DNA from: the human T2T-CHM13v2.0 reference genome, Homo sapiens
Reading direction: 5' to 3' (one strand)
NCBI RefSeq assembly: GCF_009914755.1
Contig: NC_060944.1
DNA length: 64,000 nucleotides
Within the stretch, counting starts at the first letter, position 1; every line of letters starts with the position of its first letter. A program made the translations under genes and the position numbers. Shown here piece by piece: positions 12,001 to 27,000 of the stretch. Under the pieces are notes generated by a model. It saw only the letters and a list, made by a program, of their open reading frames with translations. It did not search any database and was not told the DNA's origin.

Positions 12001-15000
12001 TTGCATTGAAGTCACAGAGTTGAACATTCCCTTTGAGAGAGCAGGTTTGAAACACGCCTTTTGTCATATCTGGAAGTGTCCATTCGGAGCGCATTCAGGC
12101 TTGTGTTGAAAAAGGAAATATCCTCCCATAAAAACTAGACAGAAGCATTCTCAGAAACTTATCTGTGATGTATGTACTCAACTAACAGAACTAAACCATC
12201 GTTTTGAAGGAGCAGTTTTGAAACACTCTTTTTGCGGAATCTGCAAGTGGATATTTGGCTAGCTGGGAGGATTTCGTTGGAAACGGGATTACATACAAAA
12301 AGCAGACAGCAGCATTCTCAGAAACTTCTTTGTGATGTTTGCATTCAAGTCACAGAGTTGAACATTCCCTTTCATAGAGCAGGTTTGAAACACTCTTTTT
12401 GTAGTATCTGGATGTGGACATTTGGATCGCTTTCAGGCCTATGGTGAAAAAGGAAATATCTTCCCATGAAAACTAGACAGAAGCATTCTCAGAAACTTAT
12501 TTGTGATGTGTGCCCTCAACTGACAGTGTTGAACCTTTGTTTTGATAGAGCAGTTCTGAAACACACTTTTTGTAAAATCTGCAAGAGGATATTTGGATAG
12601 CTTTGAGGATTTCGTTGGAAACGGGAATGTCTTCATGTAAACTCTAGACAGAAGCATTCTCAGAAACTGCTTTGGGATGTTTCAATTGAAGTCCCAGTGT
12701 TGAACATTCCCATTCATAGAGCAGGTTTGAAACACTCTTTTTGTACTATCTGGAAGTGGACATTTGGAGCGCTTTCAGGTCTACGGTGAAAAAGGAGATA
12801 TCTTCCAATAAAAACTAGATAGAAGCAATGTCAGAACTTTTTTCATGATGTATCTACTCAGCAAACAGAGTTGAACCTTTCTTTTGAGAGAGCAGTTTTG
12901 AAACACTCTTTTTGTGGAATATGCAAGTGGGTATTAGGCCAGCTTGGAGGATTTCGTTGGAAACGGGAATACGTATAAAAAGCAGACAGCAGCATTGTCA
13001 GAAACTACTTTGTGATGTTTGCATTCAAGTCACAGAATTGAACACTCCCTTTCACAGAGCAGGTTTGAAACACTCTTTTTGTAGTGTCTGTAAGTGAACA
13101 TTTGGATTGCTTTCAGGCCTAAGGTGAAAAAGGAAATATCTTCCCATAAAAACTAGACAGAAGCATTCTCAGAAACTTGTTTGTGATGTGTGCCCTCTAC
13201 TGACAGAGTTGAAACTTTCTTTGCAAAGAGCAGTTTTGAAACACTCTTTTTGTAGAATCTGCAAGAGGATATTTGGATAGCTTTGAGGATTTCTTGGGAA
13301 ACGGGAATGTCTTCAGATAAACTCTAGACAGAAGCATTCTCAGAAAGTTCTTTGGGATGTTTCAATTGAAGTCACAGTGTTGAACATTCCCTTTCACAGA
13401 GCAGGTTTGAAACACTCTTTTTGTAGTGTCTATAAGTGAACATTTGGCGTGCTTTCAGGCCTAACGTGAAAAAGGAAATATCTTCCCATAAAAACTAGAC
13501 AGAAGCATTCTGAGAAACTTGTTCGTGATGTGTGCCCTCTACTGACAGAGTTGAACCTTTCTTTGCAAAGAGCAGCTTTGAAACACACTTTTTGTAGAAT
13601 CTGCAAGAGGATATTTGGATAGCTTGGAGGATTTCGTTGGAAACGGGTATGTCTTCAGATAAACTCTAGACAGAAGCATTCTCAGAAACTTCTTTGGGAT
13701 GTTGCATTCAAGTCACAGAGTAGAACATTCCCATTCATAGAGCAGATTTGAAACACTCTTTTTGTAGTATCTGGAAGTGGACATTTGGAGCGCTTTCAGG
13801 CCTATGTTGAAAAAGGAAATATCTTCCCATAAAAACTAGACGGAAGCATTCTCAGAAACTTATTTGTGATGTGTTTGCTCAACTAACAGGATTGAACCAT
13901 CGTTTTGAAGGAGCAGTTTTGAAACACTGTTTTCGTGGAATCTGCAAGTGGATATTTGGCTAGCTTTGAGGATTTCGTTGGAAACGGGATTACATATAAA
14001 AAGGAGACAGCAGCATTCTCAGAAACTTCTTTGTGATGTCTGCATTCAAGTCACAGAGTTGAGCATTCCCTTTCATAGAGCAGGTTGGAAACACTCTTTT
14101 TGTAGTATCTGGATGAGGACATTTGGAGCGCTTTCAGGCGTATGGTGAAAAAGGAAATATCTTCCCGTAAAAACTAGACAGAAGCCTTCTCAGAAGTTTA
14201 TTTGTGATGTGTGCCCTCAACTAACAGAGTTGAACCTTTCTTTTGATAGAGCAGTTTTGAAACACTCTTTTTGTAAAATCTGCAAGAGGATATTTGGATA
14301 GCTTTGAGGATTTCGTTGCAAACGGGAATGGCTTCATATAAACTCTAGACAGAAGCATTCTCAGAAACTTCGTTGGGATGTTTCGATTGAAGTCCCAGTG
14401 TTGAACATTCCCTTTTATAGAGCAGGTTGGAAACACTCTTTCTGCATTCCCTGGAAGTGGACATTTGGAGCGCTTTCAGGACGACGGTGAAAATGGAAAT
14501 ATCTTCCAAGAAAATCTAGATAGAAGCAATGTCAGAAACTTTTATGTGATGGATCTACTCAGCTAACAGAGTTGAACCTTTCTTTTGAGAGAGCAGTTTT
14601 GCAACACTCTTTTTGTGGAATATGCAAGTGGATATTAGGGCAGCTTTGAGGATTTCGTTGGAAACGGGAATACATGTAAAAAGCAGACAGCAGCATTCTC
14701 AGAAACTTCTTTGTGATGTTTGCATTGAAGTCACAGAGTTGAACATTCCCTTTGAGAGAGCAGGTTTGAAACACGCCTTTTGTCATATCTGGAAGTGTCC
14801 ATTCGGAGCGCATTCAGGCTTGTGTTGAAAAAGGAAATATCCTCCCATAAAAACTAGACAGAAGCATTCTCAGAAACTTATCTGTGATGTATGTACTCAA
14901 CTAACAGAACTAAACCATCGTTTTGAAGGAGCAGTTTTGAAACACTCTTTTTGCGGAATCTGCAAGTGGATATTTGGCTAGCTGGGAGGATTTCGTTGGA

Positions 15001-18000
15001 AACGGGATTACATACAAAAAGCAGAGAGCAGCATTCTCAGAAACTTCTTTGTGATGTTTGCATTCAAGTCACAGAGTTGAACATTCCCTTTCATAGAGCA
15101 GGTTTGAAACACTCTTTTTGTAGTATCTGGATGTGGACATTTGGATCGCTTTCAGGCCTATGGTGAAAAAGGAAATATCTTCCCATGAAAACTAGACAGA
15201 AGCATTCTCAGAAACTTATTTGTGATGTGTGCCCTCAACTGACAGTGTTGAACCTTTGTTTTGATAGAGCAGTTCTGAAACACACTTTTTGTAAAATCTG
15301 CAAGAGGATATTTGGATAGCTTTGAGGATTTCGTTGGAAACGGGAATGTCTTCATGTAAACTCTAGACAGAAGCATTCTCAGAAACTGCTTTGGGATGTT
15401 TCAATTGAAGTCCCAGTGTTGAACATTCCCATTCATAGAGCAGGTTTGAAACACTCTTTTTGTACTATCTGGAAGTGGACATTTGGAGCGCTTTCAGGTC
15501 TACGGTGAAAAAGGAGATATCTTCCAATAAAAACTAGATAGAAGCAATGTCAGAACTTTTTTCATGATGTATCTACTCAGCAAACAGAGTTGAACCTTTC
15601 TTTTGAGAGAGCAGTTTTGAAACACTCTTTTTGTGGAATATGCAAGTGGGTATTAGGCCAGCTTGGAGGATTTCGTTGGAAACGGGAATACGTATAAAAA
15701 GCAGACAGCAGCATTGTCAGAAACTACTTTGTGATGTTTGCATTCAAGTCACAGAATTGAACACTCCCTTTCACAGAGCAGGTTTGAAACACTCTTTTTG
15801 TAGTGTCTGTAAGTGAACATTTGGATTGCTTTCAGGCCTAAGGTGAAAAAGGAAATATCTTCCCATAAAAACTAGACAGAAGCATTCTCAGAAACTTGTT
15901 TGTGATGTGTGCCCTCTACTGACAGAGTTGAACCTTTCTTTGCAAAGAGCAGTTTTGAAACACTCTTTTTGTAGAATCTGCAAGAGGATATTTGGATAGC
16001 TTTGAGGATTTCTTGGGAAACGGGAATGTCTTCAGATAAACTCTAGACAGAAGCATTCTCAGAAACTTCTTTGGGATGTTTCAATTGAAGTCACAGTGTT
16101 GAACATTCCCTTTCACAGAGCCGGTTTGAAACACTCTTTTTGTAGTGTCTATAAGTGAACATTTGGCGTGCTTTCAGGCCTAACGTGAAAAAGGAAATAT
16201 CTTCCCATAAAAACTAGACAGAAGCATTCTCAGAAACTTGTTCTTGATGTGTCCCCTCTACTGACAGAGTTGAACCTTTCTTTGCAAAGAGCAGCTTTGA
16301 AACACTCTTTTTGTAGAATCTGCAAGAGGATATTTGGATAGCTTGGAGGATTTCGTTGGAAACGGGTATGTCTTCAGATAAACTCTAGACAGAAGCATTC
16401 TCAGAAACTTCTTTGGGATGTTGCATTCAAGTCACAGAGTAGAACATTCCCATTCATAGAGCAGATTTGAAACACTCTTTTTGTGGTATCTGGAAGTGGA
16501 CATTTGGAGCGCTTTCAGGCCTATGTTGAAAAAGGAAATATCTTCCCATAAAAACTAGACGGAAGCATTCTCAGAAACTTATTTGTGATGTGTTTGCTCA
16601 ACTAACAGGATTGAACCATCGTTTTGAAGGAGCAGTTTTGAAACACTGTTTTCGTGGAATCTGCAAGTGGATATTTGGCTAGCTTTGAGGATTTCGTTGG
16701 AAACGGGATTACATATAAAAAGGAGACAGCAGCATTCTCAGAAACTTCTTTGTGATGTCTGCATTCAATTCACAGAGTTGAGCATTCCCTTTCATAGAGC
16801 AGGTTGGAAACACTCTTTTTGTAGTATCTGGATGAGGACATTTGGAGCGCTTTCAGGCGTATGGTGAAAAAGGAAATATCTTCCCGTAAAAACTAGACAG
16901 AAGCATTCTCAGAAGTTTATTTGTGATGTGTGCCCTCAACTAACAGAGTTGAACCTTTCTTTTGATAGATCAGTTTTGAAACACTCTTTTTGTAAAATCT
17001 GCAAGAGGATATTTGGATAGCTTTGAGGATTTCGTTGCAAACGGGAATGGCTTCATATAAACTCTAGACAGAAGCATTCTCAGAAACTTCGTTGGGATGT
17101 TTCGATTGAAGTCCCAGTGTTGAACATTCCCTTTTATAGAGCAGGTTGGAAACACTCTTTCTGCATTCCCTGGAAGTGGACATTTGGAGCGCTTTCAGGA
17201 CGACGGTGAAAATGGAAATATCTTCCAAGAAAATCTAGATAGAAGCAATGTCAGAAACTTTTATGTGATGGATCTACTCAGCTAACAGAGTTGAACCTTT
17301 CTTTTGAGAGAGCAGTTTTGCAACACTCTTTTTGTGGAATATGCAAGTGGATATTAGGGCAGCTTTGAGGATTTCGTTGGAAACGGGAATACATGTAAAA
17401 AGCAGACAGCAGCATTCTCAGAAACTTCTTTGTGATGTTTGCATTGAAGTCACAGAGTTGAACATTCCCTTTGAGAGAGCAGGTTTGAAACACGCCTTTT
17501 GTCATATCTGGAAGTGTCCATTCGGAGCGCATTCAGGCTTGTGTTGAAAAAGGAAATATCCTCCCATAAAAACTAGACAGAAGCATTCTCAGAAACTTAT
17601 CTGTGATGTATGTACTCAACTAACAGAACTAAACCATCGTTTTGAAGGAGCAGTTTTGAAACACTCTTTTTGCGGAATCTGCAAGTGGATATTTGGCTAG
17701 CTGGGAGGATTTCGTTGGAAACGGGATTACATACAAAAAGCAGAGAGCAGCATTCTCAGAAACTTCTTTGTGATGTTTGCATTCAAGTCACAGAGTTGAA
17801 CATTCCCTTTCATAGAGCAGGTTTGAAACACTCTTTTTGTAGTATCTGGATGTGGACATTTGGATCGCTTTCAGGCCTATGGTGAAAAAGGAAATATCTT
17901 CCCATGAAGACTAGACAGAAGCATTCTCAGAAACTTATTTGTGATGTGTGCCCTCAACTGACAGTGTTGAACCTTTGTTTTGATAGAGCAGTTCTGAAAC

Positions 18001-21000
18001 ACACTTTTTGTGAAATCTGCAAGAGGATATTTGGATAGCTTTGAGGATTTCGTTGGAAACGGGAATGTCTTCATGTAAACTCTAGACAGAAGCATTCTCA
18101 GAAACTGCTTTGGGATGTTTCAATTGAAGTCCCAGTGTTGAACATTCCCTTTCATAGAGCAGGTTTGAAACACTCTTTTTGTACTATCTGGAAGTGGACA
18201 TTTGGAGCGCTTTCAGGTCTACGGTGAAAAAGGAGATATCTTCCAATAAAAACTAGATAGAAGCAATGTCAGAACTTTTTTCATGATGTATCTACTCAGC
18301 AAACAGAGTTGAACCTTTCTTTTGAGAGAGCAGTTTTGAAACACTCTTTTTGTGGAATATGCAAGTGGGTATTAGGCCAGCTTGGAGGATTTCGTTGGAA
18401 ACGGGAATACGTATAAAAAGCAGACAGCAGCATTGTCAGAAACTACTTTGTGATGTTTGCATTCAAGTCACAGAATTGAACACTCCCTTTCACAGAGCAG
18501 GTTTGAAACACTCTTTTTGTAGTGTCTGTAAGTGAACATTTGGATTGCTTTCAGGCCTAAGGTGAAAAAGGAAATATCTTCCCATAAAAACTAGACAGAA
18601 GCATTCTCAGAAACTTGTTTGTGATGTGTGCCCTCTACTGACAGAGTTGAAACTTTCTTTGCAAAGAGCAGTTTTGAAACACTCTTTTTGTAGAATCTGC
18701 AAGAGGATATTTGGATAGCTTTGAGGATTTCTTGGGAAACGGGAATGTCTTCAGATAAACTCTAGACAGAAGCATTCTCAGAAACTTCTTTGGGATGTTT
18801 CAATTGAAGTCACAGTGTTGAACATTCCCTTTCACAGAGCAGGTTTGAAACACTCTTTTTGTAGTGTCTATAAGTGAACATTTGGCGTGCTTTCAGGCCT
18901 AACGTGAAAAAGGAAATATCTTCCCATAAAAACTAGACAGAAGCATTCTCAGAAACTTGTTCGTGATGTGTGCCCTCTACTGACAGAGTTGAACCTTTCT
19001 TTGCAAAGAGCAGCTTTGAAACACACTTTTTGTAGAATCTGCAAGAGGATATTTGGATAGCTTGGAGGATTTCGTTGGAAACGGGTATGTCTTCAGATAA
19101 ACTCTAGACAGAAGCATTCTCAGAAACTTCTTTGGGATGTTGCATTCAAGTCACAGAGTAGAACATTCCCATTCATAGAGCAGATTTGAAACACTCTTTT
19201 TGTAGTATCTGGAAGTGGACATTTGGAGCGCTTTCAGGCCTATGTTGAAAAAGGAAATATCTTCCCATAAAAACTAGACGGAAGCATTCTCAGAAACTTA
19301 TTTGTGATGTGTTTGCTCAACTAACAGGATTGAACCATCGTTTTGAAGGAGCAGTTTTGAAACACTGTTTTCGTGGAATCTGCAAGTGGATATTTGGCTA
19401 GCTTTGAGGATTTCGTTGGAAACGGGATTACATATAAAAAGGAGACAGCAGCATTCTCAGAAACTTCTTTGTGATGTCTGCATTCAAGTCACAGAGTTGA
19501 GCATTCCCTTTCATAGAGCAGGTTGGAAACACTCTTTTTGTAGTATCTGGATGAGGACATTTGGAGCGCTTTCAGGCGTATGGTGAAAAAGGAAATATCT
19601 TCCCGTAAAAACTAGACAGAAGCATTCTCAGAAGTTTATTTGTGATGTGTGCCCTCAACTAACAGAGTTGAACCTTTCTTTTGATAGAGCAGTTTTGAAA
19701 CACTCTTTTTGTAAAATCTGCAAGAGGATATTTGGATAGCTTTGAGGATTTCGTTGCAAACGGGAATGGCTTCATATAAACTCTAGACAGAAGCATTCTC
19801 AGAAACTTCGTTGGGATGTTTCGATTGAAGTCCCAGTGTTGAACATTCCCTTTTATAGAGCAGGTTGGAAACACTCTTTCTGCATTCCCTGGAAGTGGAC
19901 ATTTGGAGCGCTTTCAGGACGACGGTGAAAATGGAAATATCTTCCAAGAAAATCTAGATAGAAGCAACGTCAGAAACTTTTATGTGATGGATCTACTCAG
20001 CTAACAGAGTTGAACCTTTCTTTTGAGAGAGCAGTTTTGCAACACTCTTTTTGTGGAATATGCAAGTGGATATTAGGGCAGCTTTGAGGATTTCGTTGGA
20101 AACGGGAATACATGTAAAAAGCAGACAGCAGCATTCTCAGAAACTTCTTTGTGATGTTTGCATTGAAGTCACAGAGTTGAACATTCCCTTTGAGAGAGCA
20201 GGTTTGAAACACGCCTTTTGTCATATCTGGAAGTGTCCATTCGGAGCGCATTCAGGCTTGTGTTGAAAAAGGAAATATCCTCCCATAAAAACTAGACAGA
20301 AGCATTCTCAGAAACTTATCTGTGATGTATGTACTCAACTAACAGAACTAAACCATCGTTTTGAAGGAGCAGTTTTGAAACACTCTTTTTGCGGAATCTG
20401 CAAGTGGATATTTGGCTAGCTGGGAGGATTTCGTTGGAAACGGGATTACATACAAAAAGCAGACAGCAGCATTCTCAGAAACTTCTTTGTGATGTTTGCA
20501 TTCAAGTCACAGAGTTGAACATTCCCTTTCATAGAGCAGGTTTGAAACACTCTTTTTGTAGTATCTGGATGTGGACATTTGGATCGCTTTCAGGCCTATG
20601 GTGAAAAAGGAAATATCTTCCCATGAAAACTAGACAGAAGCATTCTCAGAAACTTATTTGTGATGTGTGCCCTCAACTGACAGTGTTGAACCTTTGTTTT
20701 GATAGAGCAGTTCTGAAACACACTTTTTGTAAAATCTGCAAGAGGATATTTGGATAGCTTTGAGGATTTCGTTGGAAACGGGAATGTCTTCATGTAAACT
20801 CTAGACAGAAGCATTCTCAGAAACTGCTTTGGGATGTTTCAATTGAAGTCCCAGTGTTGAACATTCCCTTTCATAGAGCAGGTTTGAAACACTCTTTTTG
20901 TACTATCTGGAAGTGGACATTTGGAGCGCTTTCAGGTCTACGGTGAAAAAGGAGATATCTTCCAATAAAAACTAGATAGAAGCAATGTCAGAACTTTTTT

Positions 21001-24000
21001 CATGATGTATCTACTCAGCAAACAGAGTTGAACCTTTCTTTTGAGAGAGCAGTTTTGAAACACTCTTTTTGTGGAATATGCAAGTGGGTATTAGGCCAGC
21101 TTGGAGGATTTCGTTGGAAACGGGAATACGTATAAAAAGCAGACAGCAGCATTGTCAGAAACTACTTTGTGATGTTTGCATTCAAGTCACAGAATTGAAC
21201 ACTCCCTTTCACAGAGCAGGTTTGAAACACTCTTTTTGTAGTGTCTGTAAGTGAACATTTGGATTGCTTTCAGGCCTAAGGTGAAAAAGGAAATATCTTC
21301 CCATAAAAACTAGACAGAAGCATTCTCAGAAACTTGTTTGTGATGTGTGCCCTCTACTGACAGAGTTGAACCTTTCTTTGCAAAGAGCAGTTTTGAAACA
21401 CTCTTTTTGTAGAATCTGCAAGAGGATATTTGGATAGCTTTGAGGATTTCTTGGGAAACGGGAATGTCTTCAGATAAACTCTAGACAGAAGCATTCTCAG
21501 AAACTTCTTTGGGATGTTTCAATTGAAGTCACAGTGTTGAACATTCCCTTTCACAGAGCCGGTTTGAAACACTCTTTTTGTAGTGTCTATAAGTGAACAT
21601 TTGGCGTGCTTTCAGGCGTAACGTGAAAAAGGAAATATCTTCCCATAAAAACTAGACAGAAGCATTCTCAGAAACTTGTTCTTGATGTGTCCCCTCTACT
21701 GACAGAGTTGAACCTTTCTTTGCAAAGAGCAGCTTTGAAACACTCTTTTTGTAGAATCTGCAAGAGGATATTTGGATAGCTTGGAGGATTTCGTTGGAAA
21801 CGGGTATGTCTTCAGATAAACTCTAGACAGAAGCATTCTCAGAAACTTCTTTGGGATGTTGCATTCAAGTCACAGAGTAGAACATTCCCATTCATAGAGC
21901 AGATTTGAAACACTCTTTTTGTGGTATCTGGAAGTGGACATTTGGAGCGCTTTCAGGCCTATGTTGAAAAAGGAAATATCTTCCCATAAAAACTAGACGG
22001 AAGCATTCTCAGAAACTTATTTGTGATGTGTTTGCTCAACTAACAGGATTGAACCATCGTTTTGAAGGAGCAGTTTTGAAACACTGTTTTCGTGGAATCT
22101 GCAAGTGGATATTTGGCTAGCTTTGAGGATTTTGTTGGAAACGGGATTACATATAAAAAGGAGACAGCAGCATTCTCAGAAACTTCTTTGTGATGTCTGC
22201 ATTCAATTCACAGAGTTGAGCATTCCCTTTCATAGAGCAGGTTGGAAACACTCTTTTTGTAGTATCTGGATGAGGACATTTGGAGCGCTTTCAGGCGTAT
22301 GGTGAAAAAGGAAATATCTTCCCGTAAAAACTAGACAGAAGCCTTCTCAGAAGTTTATTTGTGATGTGTGCCCTCAACTAACAGAGTTGAACCTTTCTTT
22401 TGATAGAGCAGTTTTGAAACACTCTTTTTGTAAAATCTGCAAGAGGATATTTGGATAGCTTTGAGGATTTCGTTGCAAACGGGAATGGCTTCATATAAAC
22501 TCTAGACAGAAGCATTCTCAGAAACTTCGTTGGGATGTTTCGATTGAAGTCCCAGTGTTGAACATTCCCTTTTATAGAGCAGGTTGGAAACACTCTTTCT
22601 GCATTCCCTGGAAGTGGACATTTGGAGCGCTTTCAGGACGACGGTGAAAATGGAAATATCTTCCAAGAAAATCTAGATAGAAGCAATGTCAGAAACTTTT
22701 ATGTGATGGATCTACTCAGCTAACAGAGTTGAACCTTTCTTTTGAGAGAGCAGTTTTGCAACACTCTTTTTGTGGAATATGCAAGTGGATATTAGGGCAG
22801 CTTTGAGGATTTCGTTGGAAACGGGAATACATGTAAAAAGCAGACAGCAGCATTCTCAGAAACTTCTTTGTGATGTTTGCATTGAAGTCACAGAGTTGAA
22901 CATTCCCTTTGAGAGAGCAGGTTTGAAACACGCCTTTTGTCATATCTGGAAGTGTCCATTCGGAGCGCATTCAGGCTTGTGTTGAAAAAGGAAATATCCT
23001 CCCATAAAAACTAGACAGAAGCATTCTCAGAAACTTATCTGTGATGTATGTACTCAACTAACAGAACTAAACCATCGTTTTGAAGGAGCAGTTTTGAAAC
23101 ACTCTTTTTGCGGAATCTGCAAGTGGATATTTGGCTAGCTGGGAGGATTTCGTTGGAAACGGGATTACATACAAAAAGCAGACAGCAGCATTCTCAGAAA
23201 CTTCTTTGTGATGTTTGCATTCAAGTCACAGAGTTGAACATTCCCTTTCATAGAGCAGGTTTGAAACACTCTTTTTGTAGTATCTGGATGTGGACATTTG
23301 GATCGCTTTCAGGCCTATGGTGAAAAAGGAAATATCTTCCCATGAAAACTAGACAGAAGCATTCTCAGAAACTTATTTGTGATGTGTGCCCTCAACTGAC
23401 AGTGTTGAACCTTTGTTTTGATAGAGCAGTTCTGAAACACACTTTTTGTAAAATCTGCAAGAGGATATTTGGATAGCTTTGAGGATTTCGTTGGAAACGG
23501 GAATGTCTTCATGTAAACTCTAGACAGAAGCATTCTCAGAAACTGCTTTGGGATGTTTCAATTGAAGTCCCAGTGTTGAACATTCCCATTCATAGAGCAG
23601 GTTTGAAACACTCTTTTTGTACTATCTGGAAGTGGACATTTGGAGCGCTTTCAGGTCTACGGTGAAAAAGGAGATATCTTCCAATAAAAACTAGATAGAA
23701 GCAATGTCAGAACTTTTTTCATGATGTATCTACTCAGCAAACAGAGTTGAACCTTTCTTTTGAGAGAGCAGTTTTGAAACACTCTTTTTGTGGAATATGC
23801 AAGTGGGTATTAGGCCAGCTTGGAGGATTTCGTTGGAAACGGGAATACGTATAAAAAGCAGACAGCAGCATTGTCAGAAACTACTTTGTGATGTTTGCAT
23901 TCAAGTCACAGAATTGAACACTCCCTTTCACAGAGCAGGTTTGAAACACTCTTTTTGTAGTGTCTGTAAGTGAACATTTGGATTGCTTTCAGGCCTAAGG

Positions 24001-27000
24001 TGAAAAAGGAAATATCTTCCCATAAAAACTAGACAGAAGCATTCTCAGAAACTTGTTTGTGATGTGTGCCCTCTACTGACAGAGTTGAAACTTTCTTTGC
24101 AAAGAGCAGTTTTGAAACACTCTTTTTGTAGAATCTGCAAGAGGATATTTGGATAGCTTTGAGGATTTCTTGGGAAACGGGAATGTCTTCAGATAAACTC
24201 TAGACAGAAGCATTCTCAGAAAGTTCTTTGGGATGTTTCAATTGAAGTCACAGTGTTGAACATTCCCTTTCACAGAGCAGGTTTGAAACACTCTTTTTGT
24301 AGTGTCTATAAGTGAACATTTGGCGTGCTTTCAGGCCTAACGTGAAAAAGGAAATATCTTCCCATAAAAACTAGACAGAAGCATTCTGAGAAACTTGTTC
24401 GTGATGTGTGCCCTCTACTGACAGAGTTGAACCTTTCTTTGCAAAGAGCAGCTTTGAAACACACTTTTTGTAGAATCTGCAAGAGGATATTTGGATAGCT
24501 TGGAGGATTTCGTTGGAAACGGGTATGTCTTCAGATAAACTCTAGACAGAAGCATTCTCAGAAACTTCTTTGGGATGTTGCATTCAAGTCACAGAGTAGA
24601 ACATTCCCATTCATAGAGCAGATTTGAAACACTCTTTTTGTAGTATCTGGAAGTGGACATTTGGAGCGCTTTCAGGCCTATGTTGAAAAAGGAAATATCT
24701 TCCCATAAAAACTAGACGGAAGCATTCTCAGAAACTTATTTGTGATGTGTTTGCTCAACTAACAGGATTGAACCATCGTTTTGAAGGAGCAGTTTTGAAA
24801 CACTGTTTTCGTGGAATCTGCAAGTGGATATTTGGCTAGCTTTGAGGATTTCGTTGGAAACGGGATTACATATAAAAAGGAGACAGCAGCATTCTCAGAA
24901 ACTTCTTTGTGATGTCTGCATTCAAGTCACAGAGTTGAGCATTCCCTTTCATAGAGCAGGTTGGAAACACTCTTTTTGTAGTATCTGGATGAGGACATTT
25001 GGAGCGCTTTCAGGCGTATGGTGAAAAAGGAAATATCTTCCCGTAAAAACTAGACAGAAGCATTCTCAGAAGTTTATTTGTGATGTGTGCCCTCAACTAA
25101 CAGAGTTGAACCTTTCTTTTGATAGAGCAGTTTTGAAACACTCTTTTTGTAAAATCTGCAAGAGGATATTTGGATAGCTTTGAGGATTTCGTTGCAAACG
25201 GGAATGGCTTCATATAAACTCTAGACAGAAGCATTCTCAGAAACTTCGTTGGGATGTTTCGATTGAAGTCCCAGTGTTGAACATTCCCTTTTATAGAGCA
25301 GGTTGGAAACACTCTTTCTGCATTCCCTGGAAGTGGACATTTGGAGCGCTTTCAGGACGACGGTGAAAATGGAAATATCTTCCAAGAAAATCTAGATAGA
25401 AGCAATGTCAGAAACTTTTATGTGATGGATCTACTCAGCTAACAGAGTTGAACCTTTCTTTTGAGAGAGCAGTTTTGCAACACTCTTTTTGTGGAATATG
25501 CAAGTGGATATTAGGGCAGCTTTGAGGATTTCGTTGGAAACGGGAATACATGTAAAAAGCAGACAGCAGCATTCTCAGAAACTTCTTTGTGATGTTTGCA
25601 TTGAAGTCACAGAGTTGAACATTCCCTTTGAGAGAGCAGGTTTGAAACACGCCTTTTGTCATATCTGGAAGTGTCCATTCGGAGCGCATTCAGGCTTGTG
25701 TTGAAAAAGGAAATATCCTCCCATAAAAACTAGACAGAAGCATTCTCAGAAACTTATCTGTGATGTATGTACTCAACTAACAGAACTAAACCATCGTTTT
25801 GAAGGAGCAGTTTTGAAACACTCTTTTTGCGGAATCTGCAAGTGGATATTTGGCTAGCTGGGAGGATTTCGTTGGAAACGGGATTACATACAAAAAGCAG
25901 ACAGCAGCATTCTCAGAAACTTCTTTGTGATGTTTGCATTCAAGTCACAGAGTTGAACATTCCCTTTCATAGAGCAGGTTTGAAACACTCTTTTTGTAGT
26001 ATCTGGATGTGGACATTTGGATCGCTTTCAGGCCTATGGTGAAAAAGGAAATATCTTCCCATGAAAACTAGACAGAAGCATTCTCAGAAACTTATTTGTG
26101 ATGTGTGCCCTCAACTGACAGTGTTGAACCTTTGTTTTGATAGAGCAGTTCTGAAACACACTTTTTGTAAAATCTGCAAGAGGATATTTGGATAGCTTTG
26201 AGGATTTCGTTGGAAACGGGAATGTCTTCATGTAAACTCTAGACAGAAGCATTCTCAGAAACTGCTTTGGGATGTTTCAATTGAAGTCCCAGTGTTGAAC
26301 ATTCCCTTTCATAGAGCAGGTTTGAAACACTCTTTTTGTACTATCTGGAAGTGGACATTTGGAGCGCTTTCAGGTCTACGGTGAAAAAGGAGATATCTTC
26401 CAATAAAAACTAGATAGAAGCAATGTCAGAACTTTTTTCATGATGTATCTACTCAGCAAACAGAGTTGAACCTTTCTTTTGAGAGAGCAGTTTTGAAACA
26501 CTCTTTTTGTGGAATATGCAAGTGGGTATTAGGCCAGCTTGGAGGATTTCGTTGGAAACGGGAATACGTATAAAAAGCAGACAGCAGCATTGTCAGAAAC
26601 TACTTTGTGATGTTTGCATTCAAGTCACAGAATTGAACACTCCCTTTCACAGAGCAGGTTTGAAACACTCTTTTTGTAGTGTCTGTAAGTGAACATTTGG
26701 ATTGCTTTCAGGCCTAAGGTGAAAAAGGAAATATCTTCCCATAAAAACTAGACAGAAGCATTCTCAGAAACTTGTTTGTGATGTGTGCCCTCTACTGACA
26801 GAGTTGAACCTTTCTTTGCAAAGAGCAGTTTTGAAACACTCTTTTTGTAGAATCTGCAAGAGGATATTTGGATAGCTTTGAGGATTTCTTGGGAAACGGG
26901 AATGTCTTCAGATAAACTCTAGACAGAAGCATTCTCAGAAACTTCTTTGGGATGTTTCAATTGAAGTCACAGTGTTGAACATTCCCTTTCACAGAGCCGG

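Noticed and set aside
1-19375. Six-unit duplication U1 to U7, suggested by two shared SNVs 16,656 bp apart
   Set aside because: U7 is a 16-mer without the conversion tract, and neighbouring units do not pair at that lag; local exchange explains it better.
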